The notes below the pieces were generated by a model that had not been told where the DNA came from, did no database searches, and was given only the letters and a program-made list of their open reading frames with translations. From the NCBI GenBank assembly GCA_951406725.2, contig OX597825.1, forward strand, positions 7,378,001-7,442,000: a DNA stretch of 64,000 nucleotides, given 5' to 3'. The translations under genes were made by a program, and so were the position numbers. This document shows positions 52,406 through 64,000 of this stretch, piece after piece (positions within the stretch are counted from its first letter, which is position 1; the number at the start of each line of letters is the position of its first letter). The stretch is from Octopus vulgaris (Eukaryota).

Positions 52406-53033
52406 TATATATATATATATATATATATATTAAATTAGAGATAAAACCACTATTAGGCAAATCAAACTATGAAAAACTTAAGCCAATACATAAAATTAAT
52501 TAATTTATATTATTTTAAATATATATCAAAATTATTAAAAGTTTAATAAAAGATAATGAGTAATATATATATATTGATAATGATACATATACACATTTAT
52601 ATGTGTAAGTATTTGTGTGTGCACGTAACATATTCGCTTTAAAGCGGTTTTGAGGCATTAAGTCAGTTGCTGTATAAATCTTTATTTATGGCTGATTTGC
52701 TGTAGTTCAACCCTGGTCGAGGAAATGCGTACTCGTGTTGTAGCCATGATTCTCCTTTCTCTTTTCCAGACATGGTGTATACGTTATGCAATGTGACCTT
52801 TCAAACGTTGGTGAATATGATTTGAGGCAAGTTTGGATGTTGTTTCTAGCAGAACAAACGACCTACCACAAAATAGCTCTCACTTAAGCTCGTTTAAATC
52901 GAGATATTTCAGATACGTCTCTATGTAACTTCCAGTGTCAGTCAATACCTACGACTCTAAACCGGTATCGAGGTAATGCAATCCATATATTAATCTATAG
53001 ACCTGCACACATGCACAGGAACACACGTGCACG

Positions 53034-53100
<67 letters not shown>

Positions 53101-53684
53101 TCTTACTGATTTATAGGAGCATGAACATGCGTACCTTTATGAAAATGTATAAGCGCTATACTGAAAGCTGTCGGCAACATTATATGGTTATTGGTGAAAT
53201 ATATTTTGCTTCAGGCTTCATGAGAGTTGTTTAATGCTATAATCACCTGCTTCGATTTCGATAGTTTTAAGACATGAAACATGTACTGTAACAGTGATGT
53301 TGAACCGGTTCTAACACTAGTGACATCGCCGACAGCATTATTATTACGAGAGAGAGAGAGTGACATCATTATCGTATTGAATAGAAATCACTCCATCCAA
53401 CTCGTTCCAAGCCTCTTCCTCATCCATCAAATACCCTCTCCTTCCAGCGCGAGCTCTGACATATTCGTGGTTAAACTGTGGAGCGCGAAGCCTAAAGCAA
53501 CATTTTCGCGGAGAGAGAGAGAGAGAGCGGGGAAAGAAGGGAAGTGGATGGAAGAGAGAGAGAGAGAGAGAGGGGGGGAAGAAAAGAAAGGGGAGAGAGG
53601 GGGGAAGACCAGAGAAAGTCAGTTGCTGAAAGCCAAAACGAAAGTTAGTTACGTAATTTGTGAGGATCAACTCCACCAGGAGTA

Positions 53685-53740
<56 letters not shown>

Positions 53741-53890
53741 TAATAATAATGAAAAAGTTGAAAATTGTTTGCAATAATAAAGGCTGTTTATTTCACCGTG
53801 AATACATCTCTTTCTCTCATTATCCTCTTTTGTTTTTGCCCATTTTCTCTATCTTGTATGCGTAATAATAATGAAAATAATAATACATAC

Positions 53891-53931
<41 letters not shown>

Positions 53932-54150
53932 TTTTCTGGAGAAGGCCGGTTTATAAGGATACCCTGTGTTTCCCACCTGTAAAGGGTTTAACTTTATGGT
54001 GTATAGTCAGATATCAAAACCTCTTGGCCGATGACCTCTTTAAAATATGGAGGGGAATATCTGGATTATCTCACTTTGCAAATGGCTATCTACTTCCGGC
54101 CGTACTGCCATCGTTCAGCTGATTATCTTCCTCTCCCGTTAGCTATCAAC

Positions 54151-54286
<136 letters not shown>

Positions 54287-54343
54287 TGTGTATTGTTGAA
54301 ATATGTAACAAACATACTTAACATATTTTAACTAACCTAAAGT

Positions 54344-54435
<92 letters not shown>

Positions 54436-54436
<1 letters not shown>

Positions 54437-54719
54437 AGGCGGAAGGTCTAGTGGTTAGTGCAGTGGACTAGCGGTTGAAGGATTGCGGGTTCGAGTCTGA
54501 GACCGGGTGACGTGTGTGTATTTATGAGCGAAACACCTAAGCTCCACGCGTTAAGGCAGAAGGTAACGGCAAACCTCTGTTGACTCTTTCGCCACAACTT
54601 CCTCTGACACCTTCCTCACCTGCAACGGATGGCGTATCGTCCAGGTGGGGAACCTATATGCCAATGAAACAGGGAATTCGGCCTTTATGAGCCAGGCACG
54701 GCGCGAGAAGGAACAAACA

Positions 54720-54722
<3 letters not shown>
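54436..54722 (+). mobile_element. SINE family C (tail C1)
   Basis: GGTCTAGTGGTTAG A box and GGGTTCGAGTC B box; body matches 35573-35882. Confidence 0.88.
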
Positions 54723-54753
<31 letters not shown>

Positions 54754-57099
54754 GCACACACACGCGTGCCCAAGCACACATATACACATACTCATGCACA
54801 TATGTAGCTGAATAGTTTTATGAAAAAGCGATAGAGGTACAAACAAAATTATCGACACTCATTCGTATATTGCTAAATCATAAATAACGGAATACACAGA
54901 GTTGCATATAAAGGGGTCAGTTATAGTGTTTCTGAGCAATGTTGCCGTTATACTAAGCAGAAAGACTCTGAAAGTAAGAAGACTATACAGATTGTTGTAA
55001 TTCTTTGAAAGTACATTTTTTACAGCAAAATAGATGCTAGCTTCTTACCTCAGCGGTCAAGTGTGGTATTTTCGTACTAATAGAACAATTTATTGATCTG
55101 TCAAGTTTTCTATGATGCTTGTGCAAAAGTGAGACTTCTACTTATGACATATTGATTAAGAAAATCTTCGAGCACTAATATATCCTTCATTCAAAATCTC
55201 ACAGTCGTTTTTTCACTTTTTTCGTGATAAATCTGCAAATGATTTATCTCTCACACTTAAAGATTTTCTTCTTTTTTTTTATCTGTCTGCATTTTTATTA
55301 TATTTATTTTTAGTGTGTTAGTAAATAGTATTAGTATATTTTTAGTCTGTTATTCAGTGCAAGGCAGGCAGTGTCCATACTACTCGTAGGCCTTGCAAGA
55401 CTGCAAAACATAGATGTAGCTGATGTCCACTCAGAACATAATTCGAGAGATTGGTTCGAATACTTAGCAGGATGAAGTCCTGTAAAGCTCTAAAAAACCC
55501 CACAAGGTCCATGTAAATTTATTAAAGATATATAAGGTATAAACTGTATATGTGTTGATATATGCATTTCAAAATTTCTTTTAAACAAATTCATAATTAT
55601 TATTTCACTGACCCCACCACCACTTCCCTGTATTTTGAAAGAATCAGCTATGATATTTTTGGATATTCTTTCTTGGAATACTGAAAATTGTGCATGACAA
55701 ATATTTTTCTGTTTTCAATTTTGTTATATTTTCTCAGAGGAAAATCGCATCAAATTGCCACAAGATACAGCTTCTCTGGTTCCTGCTATTTCGATCATCC
55801 TATACATCGTAAAGTTCAGTTATGCCGCCATTTAATATACAATTGATTTCCTGCCGCTTGGTTTTAAGGCTGTTAGCAATGGAGTTAACATGCAAAATGG
55901 CTTTTATGTTTTTAAACGCTGGTTTTCAGGATGACATAAAATTAAGTCCTAGAGTGTATCGTTAACATCAAAGGATGGATTGTTACCAATCTCCCGAAGC
56001 GCAATGTACTTAAAGTACTGTGACTCAACATTTTCTGCTATTTCCAATAACCTTGACATTGCTACGATTCTGTAACTACAATGCGAAAACAAATCAATGT
56101 TTTATCAATATTTATCACCAGATTTACTTATTCATATGTATATTTATCAACATATGGATGTTTATGTAAACCAGTGACAATTGTAATCTCTTTCACAGAA
56201 TAATTTGTAGATATCTATCTCTATATTATTGTCAAAATTGCGATCCTCGTCTAAAAGTCTGTAGAATGGAGTCGTTTCGTTGTTTTTTATTCTGCATTTT
56301 ATATTAGTCAGACAACAATAAATACCAACAACTCCAGAATTACAGCCACGGTTCTGCCTTCAGTTTAGTATAGAAAATCGTTAAAATATTAAGGGTTGCT
56401 AAGCAAATTTACACTGTTGACCAGAAAACATTGAAATTCCATGTCAACTAACTCTTTCATCTAAACAGACTTGATGAATTAAATGCTTGTAATAGACTGG
56501 CATTGAATCAATCGACTATTGATCCTCCACCTTTTCCCCATACACACGTCATCAGCATCACAGTGTTCTGTGGGTCTCCTACTTTGTCATAATTAATCAA
56601 TATTTCCCTCCAGTGTATGATTATATACGAGATCGTGTTTTCATTCTATATCCGATGTAGTCTTGAAATTGTCCTACTTTCATTACAGTTTAAATCAAAC
56701 ATTCGCTCAGACAAAGTTCATCTTATATTTCACAAACATTGCACACTCTCAACAAATATTACACTTAATTGCAATTTATTGTTTCTTTATATTCATATTT
56801 ATGTTTTATTCAGTATTGGCGTTCTTTTTTTTTTTTTTATTGAATTATTATTATTTCGTTGTTATCTTCCATCGGTGATTTATTATTTTCTTTGTAAGTT
56901 TAATGCTCTCTTGGGTTTGGAAAATTCTAGGTTTCTATTATGATTGCTCGTTATAACAGTTTTACAATTAAAACTCCCGAGCACACACTCAAGCCGAAAT
57001 AAATAAACAAGAATCGCAGCAAAACACACAAATCTGAGAATATACAACAGATGAAGGTTATGCACACATCAATCTACATACACAACACACATCTGTGCG

Positions 57100-57534
57100 T
57101 ATGCACACACACACACACACACACAACACACATATATAAATATATATACGTATATGTACATATGTGTATATATATACATATGCGTATATATATGTATATA
57201 TGTGTATGTATATATATATATACATATGCGTATATATACGTATATACATATACGTATATATACGTATATATATATATACGTATATGTATATACCTATACG
57301 TATATATATATATACATATGTATACATATATATACACATATTCATATACGTATATATACACATATACGTATATATACGCATATATACATGTATATGTGTA
57401 TATATGCGTATATATATACGTATATGAATACATCTATATATATGTATACACACATATATATATATATATACAACTATTCATATATACATATATGTATATA
57501 TATATATATATACAAGTATACATATATACATATA

Positions 57535-57573
<39 letters not shown>

Positions 57574-57592
57574 ATATGTATATGTATATTAA
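57100..57592. repeat. Compound TA/TACG/TATG microsatellite
   Basis: Direct reading. Confidence 0.95.
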
Positions 57593-57829
57593 ATACAATG
57601 GGTCTGTTAACGAAATGCTATTTGTTACTGTTACATTCATTGTACATTGTTTTTTTATACACACGCATACACACACACACACACATCTAACCGACCCTTT
57701 CATTACGCTCCATATCTATAATTACCTTAACGTGTTCGCGTAAACTCCTCCAATTCTTTCCATTAATAATTCAATGTGTGTGCGCGCATACGTACATACA
57801 TACACACACAAGATCATATAGCCACACAC

Positions 57830-57881
<52 letters not shown>

Positions 57882-57979
57882 ACCTCATAGATTTGTAAAT
57901 TCACGTTGAGGTACCTATACACATATATTATACAATATATATATATATATTGGAAAGACAAATGAATGTCTATATATGC

Positions 57980-58062
<83 letters not shown>

Positions 58063-58592
58063 TTATATATATATATCTACATGTATATATATTATACGTA
58101 TATGCTTGTGTGTGTGTATGTCGTTGTTGTTGTTGTTGTTGTTGTGTGTGTGTGTGTGTGATGTGCTTGTATATGTCGATGTGTGTGTGTAAATGTTTAT
58201 AGTCTACAATCTACCGTAGCTTATGACAAAGTCTTTAGTTCGGTAAATATTCTCATGGCTGATATAATTACTGCGTTTGACATGTTTATGGAGGGTCTTG
58301 GCTTCTTTCTAGATCATGCCAAAACAGCAGAGAGACCCTTGCAGTTGTTTGGTAAGACTTCCTGGACTTAAAACTCCATCCACACATTACTGAGGATTCT
58401 ACCTTATCAATATTATGGTTTTAAAGTCTGCAGCGACGGAAATCTGGCGGCTCCTACAAACCTGACAGGCTGCAGATAAAACACACAACCAAATATGTAA
58501 GTACGTATGTATGTATGTATGTATGTATGTATGTATGTATGTATGTATGTATGTATGTATGTACATATATATATATGCATGTATATCTGTGC

Positions 58593-58629
<37 letters not shown>

Positions 58630-59009
58630 GAAAAAAAGAAGGCAGTCAATATCGGTACACCACTTAAAACTCTCTATATATGTATATATGTATGTATATA
58701 TGTATATATATATATATGAATATATATATGTATGTATATATATATATATATATTTATATATGTATATTTATATATGAATATATATATATATATATATGTG
58801 TGTATATATGTATATATATGTGTATATATATATGTGCATATATATGTGTATATATATATATATGTATATATATATGTATGTATATATATATATATCGATA
58901 GCTAGATGCATACATATACACACACTCACAGATATATATGCGCATGTGTGTATGAATATATGTAAATATATGTATGTGTGTGTGTATGTATATGCATACA
59001 CACAAACAG

Positions 59010-59078
<69 letters not shown>

Positions 59079-59766
59079 TATATACATATTTAATAAATAT
59101 ATATATAAATGTGTGTGTGTGTATGTATATTATAGATATAGACAGATAGAGAAGCAGACAAATGAATAGCCAGGGGTGGGGTGGGAGATAGGAGACATAC
59201 TTCCGAAAAGATAGACGGATAGATAGACTGGTAGATATGAACGGAAGATAGTTATATATGCGGGCAATAAATATTTGATAAATATGGCAGCTAATGGCTG
59301 TTATCCCGCTCTGTTTATCATATATTAGTTAGATTAGTGTATAACCAGATAAATCCGAATGGATATCGACTAGGCAATGTATCAGAATGTGTCAAATGTT
59401 TATATGATGACAAAACGGACGAATGAAACACCGTTATCTCGTAAAAATATTCATAAATGTATATTTAATGTCTACACGTCGTATGCTATGGCGTTGAATA
59501 ATGGCGATTGCTGCAAGATATATCCCACGTCCAAAATTGATTGTGTAGTGGGTTGGAAACAAGTATTATCAGCAAAGAAGTATTATGACTAATTAGAAAT
59601 AAATCTTGTATTACATAAAATAGACTTATCATGTGACGTATTGATCACTGATTGGCCGATATGCCTAATATATAGCTGTATCATTATTTTGTATTTCTTT
59701 GATGAAATGTAAGCTATCAGAAAGATACTGCAATATAAAATATGACGTAAGGGGATAAACACTGAT

Positions 59767-59767
<1 letters not shown>

Positions 59768-59824
<57 letters not shown>

Positions 59825-59995
59825 TAATAATAATATAAATGATAATAATAATATAAATGATAATAATAATAATAATAATGATAATAATAATAATAATGAT
59901 AATAATAATAATAATAATAATAACAACAACAATAATATAAATGATAATGAATGTAATAACGACAACGATGATATTATTATTATTATTATTAGTAT

Positions 59996-60030
<35 letters not shown>
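59768..60030. repeat. (AAT)n/(TAT)n/(TAG)n trinucleotide tract
   Basis: Direct reading. Confidence 0.95.
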
Positions 60031-60031
<1 letters not shown>

Positions 60032-60664
60032 CACTAATAGTTGTAGCGTTTGTAATAGCATGGATTAATCGTTGTGGAGGAATAATGGGCTTAATGGTTG
60101 CTGTAGGAATAAGAGAAAAAATGTAGGAGAGGGTAAGACAGGGTACGATGTCGGTAGATGAAGAGGAGAGATATAGACGAACGACGGAGGGTAAAGTGAG
60201 GTTGGGGATAATGGCGTTGATTAGAAGAAATATGGCAAGATAAATGAAGATAATTTAAGACTAACGAAGATGGATAAAGACTACAGATAACATAAAAAAT
60301 ACCAATGAATGGTGATGACGAGGGATAATGATAATTATTTTTTTGATTGCCCTACAGTGAAAAATAGTGCAATAGATAACCAACTTTCGACACAGAACTT
60401 CTGTGTTTAGCGACATTGGCGGGGAATGGCAGACATAGAAAGGTAACTTCTTACCTCTAATAGATAGACGTGTACAAGATAAAAGGAAAAGGGCTTTAAT
60501 CAGAGATCGTTTTTTCAAGGTACTACGGCTTTTTTGTTTTGACACTGTTAAATTGGATTGTTGTAGTTATTCTAGTATCGACAGGTTACCCCTTCAGAAC
60601 TCTCTAGAGTTCGCTGTTTACCCCTATTTTACTTATAGTTTTGCCGGAGAGATTGTATATATTC

Positions 60665-60930
60665 GTTTCAAATCTTGACACAGGGACAACAATTTTGAAC
60701 TCAGAACGTAACGGCAGACGAAATACCTATTTCTTTACTACCCACAAGGGGCTAAATACAAAGAGGACAAACAAACGGATTAAGTCGATTACATCGACCC
60801 CAGTGCGTAACTGGTACTTAATTTATCGACCCAGGAAGGATGAAAAGCAAAGTCGACCTCGGCGGAATTTGAACTCAAACGTAGCGGCATTTCGCCCGGC
60901 GTGCTAACGATTTTTCCAGTTCGCGGCTTT
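60665..60930 (-). mobile_element. SINE family A dimer, second unit internally deleted
   Basis: Junction GAAATA|GGTATTTCGTC at ~60727. Confidence 0.85.
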
Positions 60931-62168
60931 AGAACTTCAAAATATTGCTTTATAATTTCATTGTTTCGATTTTTTCCTTGGCCTCATTTTAATATATTTT
61001 ACAATAATGGGTATATTTTAGAATAATGCATAACGTTCAACGAATTTTATCGTGATAATTGTGTAAGCTTGAATCTTTGATTTTTATACAAACTGGTTCA
61101 CAAAAGATATTTCTGAATTTTAAATTGAAAATAATCGTTAAATGAAAGACTGCGTATATTCGTTGCTTATCGTTCTTTCATTGCAATGACTCACCGACGA
61201 TGCTGGTGCATTAAAAAAAAATTAAAGTTATTTCCTTCTAACCTTCCTAACACTGTTTGTACATTATATAACCGCCTCACCATCTCCAGCTTCTCCTCAC
61301 ATCTCTTCTAACCTTCGCAACAATATCTGCTGTTCTGTAAAGTCTGTATTATATCGCTACGTTACTTTGTAGTATGTAATTGATAGTAATAAGCCAAATA
61401 CATTCAAAGCGATGAACTTTACAACATTTACATGAATTTACAGCTAAATTTCTATATTAGTTTCCTATACAATGTCCAAATTAATTTTCTATCCTGATTA
61501 TATCGCCAGTCTTGTGTTTCTCTGCTCGTCCAAGCATGGCAGCTTTGTCATTTCCTCTGGCAGTGAATTCTTTGCCAAGATCAACAATTATAATAAAGAA
61601 ACCTCGTTGATTTCCAGCATTTTGTTTATGGCTATTATACTCCCTCTGTAGGGAGTTCGGCGAGGACAATATTCTATTTCTTTTAAGTTGTTTCAGCCAA
61701 GGGACATCACATTGAAGGGACTTTTAATCGATCGGTTAATACGCCTAGACTATTTCTTTGTATCTGTTTCGTATTTTGTCCAGCACTATTTCTTGACATA
61801 AGGAGTGCAACTTGCCACATCGGTAAACATAAACACACATACGTACCACATGTGTGTGTGGTTGGTTTCCTCACGGTTTCGTCTTTAGCAAAATGCACTC
61901 AAATAGCATCGGTCAATCTAAAGTCGAAATAGGAGACACTCACTCGCCCAGTGGTCAGCAGAGTGGAATCAAATTCCGAATCACATGTTTACGAATGAAA
62001 AGTGTTAACCACAAAGCAGAACTTATTCCATTTAATTCGTATGTGACACAGTTAACCGCTGTCTTATTGTTTAACAAGAGATAAAGTGTCAATGAGAGAA
62101 AACAGAGATGTGGACTTAGCGTTGAAAGAGAGAGATAGAAAGAGAGAGAGAGAGTGAAAGAGTGAGAG

Positions 62169-62207
<39 letters not shown>

Positions 62208-62848
62208 GTCTGGAACATTGAGAGAAGTAAATAGAATATGGTATGACAGGATTGTCTTTGAGACAAAGAAGACACGTTTACTCAAAGATAAGAACTTCAA
62301 AACAAACAAAAGAGAAAAGAAAAAAAACCCGAAAAATATCTCCTCCCCATCTAAAATATCAAAGTAGAAACTTTAGAAAAGAAAAAATTGAAAATATAAA
62401 CAAAAGTAATTACAGAATAGGATGAAGGAAAAAAAAATGGAGAAATGTCTTGTGGAAATGAAATGTTTAGAGACGGTGGTGAAATTCTAACATGGTGACC
62501 CGCCTCTCATTGAGAATAATTTACATACTTGTAAACTAGATAGGAAAGTTGAAAGAAAAGAGCTGATACAGAATTCTACACACACACGCGAATGTATGTA
62601 TATATGTATAACTTTGTCTTCTGTATATCTATGTATGTTTCAAACACACACACATAAATATTTTATTTTCTGTATATAACATATATAACGTTGTATCAAG
62701 GTATTATATTGTAAATATATATGTGGGTGGTTGTGTGTATGTATATATATATATATATATATATGTACGTATGTATATATATATATATGTATATATATGT
62801 ATGTATGAGTATATATATGTATATATATGTATGTAAGTGTATATATAC

Positions 62849-62882
<34 letters not shown>

Positions 62883-63208
62883 CTGCGTGTGTGCGTGTAT
62901 ACACACAATAGTTAATGTCACTAGCAGTAGTATTTGTGATATGCTTAGTAGTAGTAGTAGCTTTTGGTGATTTTGAAATTGTAGTAGTTGTGCCATACGC
63001 GCTATGGTTCCCAACTGAAGTATTGATAGAGATTGCCAGTAAACTATATCCTCAACTACGACATATCATACACGATATTGGCTTTCAGCTTTGTGATGTT
63101 TAAGCTTTAAATATGGCTATCTGAGCGTTTGTCCCTTCTACGCCGGTTAATAGACTAAAGACCACTTAATAATTGGAGTCAATCCATCACCCGTATTCCC
63201 TCATAAAA

Positions 63209-63425
63209 AGGCGGCGAGCTGGCAGAATCGTTAGCACGCCGGGCGAAATGCTTAGCAGCATTTCATCTGTTTTTACGTTCAGAGTTCAAATTTCACCGAG
63301 GTCGACTTTGCCTTTCATCCTTTCGGGATCGATGAAATAAGTACCAGTTGCGCAGAGAGGTCAATGTAATGGACTATCCTCCTTCCCCAAAATTTCAGGC
63401 CTTGTGTTTATAATAAAAACGATTA
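63209..63425 (+). mobile_element. SINE family A monomer (tail 2)
   Basis: GGCGGCGAGCTGGCAGAATCG...AAATTTCAGGCCTTGTG. Confidence 0.9.
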
Positions 63426-64000
63426 TTATTATTATAGTAAGCGTTAAAATAGAATGTTTTACGCGTCAATTGAAATATTTTTCGGGATAATTCCAGAACC
63501 GTTGCTATCAAAAACTTCTCTTCTAGCATAATGTGTTTTATAATTTATGATAATCACACTTATAAGAAAATTTTGCGTTTTTCTTTCGATAAGTCCTGCA
63601 TTAGAATACATTCAGAGTTGGAAATCATTACTGATCAAAAATTAATTTGAGCTGCAGGAAAGCATAACTGTTCAAACCCCGGCACATCACCGACGCTGCT
63701 CAGAAACCATCATAAAAGCGAATACGACGTGTTAGCTCGGTTCAGTACAATAAAAACAGGTACTACTTATTGTACACGGCAATCTGCATAATTAATGAGT
63801 AATTCATTATCTACAGGTGTGTTGAGATATATCAACAGCTTTATCAAAGATAACAAATAACGTAAAATACGTCTGTAGTCACGCTAGTTATTTTAGTTAA
63901 TAGCAAATCCGGACGTGGCGCATGTCTATGTATATATGTATACATGTATGTGTGTATGCTTGAAAAGTATATTTATACACATGCACACATACACAAATGC

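Noticed and set aside
53430-53465. MSELALEGE (minus strand) resembling the GPSM/Pins ELALEGERLCK motif
   Set aside because: It is followed by GI-stop, the splice phase would not give Arg, and no other matching exons were seen.

Overview
AT-rich, microsatellite-saturated eukaryotic DNA that is intronic or intergenic. The repeat families resemble octopus/coleoid cephalopod repeats (inference from recalled families, not a database search). No host protein-coding gene can be supported, and nearly all listed ORFs are translations of (TA)n/(CA)n/(TATC)n/(AAT)n repeats. The window contains: (1) a 2.3-kb higher-order tandem array with a 151-bp unit made of five 27-31 bp monomers; (2) about 30 copies of three tRNA-derived SINE families, here A (Meta/MESC-like core, often head-to-tail multimers), B (CORE-like, internal TA microsatellite) and C (tRNA-Arg-like head, two alternative tails); (3) decayed LINE fragments of the R4/Dong, L1/Tx1, CR1-like and Penelope-like groups; (4) Tc1/mariner-pogo and hAT MITEs plus a foldback element; (5) several minimal type-I hammerhead ribozyme motifs of the Penelope type. 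The most notable signals are two SINE-LINE 3'-tail partnerships visible inside the window, fixed-junction SINE-A multimers whose units share private mutations, and the hammerhead motifs. Coordinates of decayed repeats are approximate.
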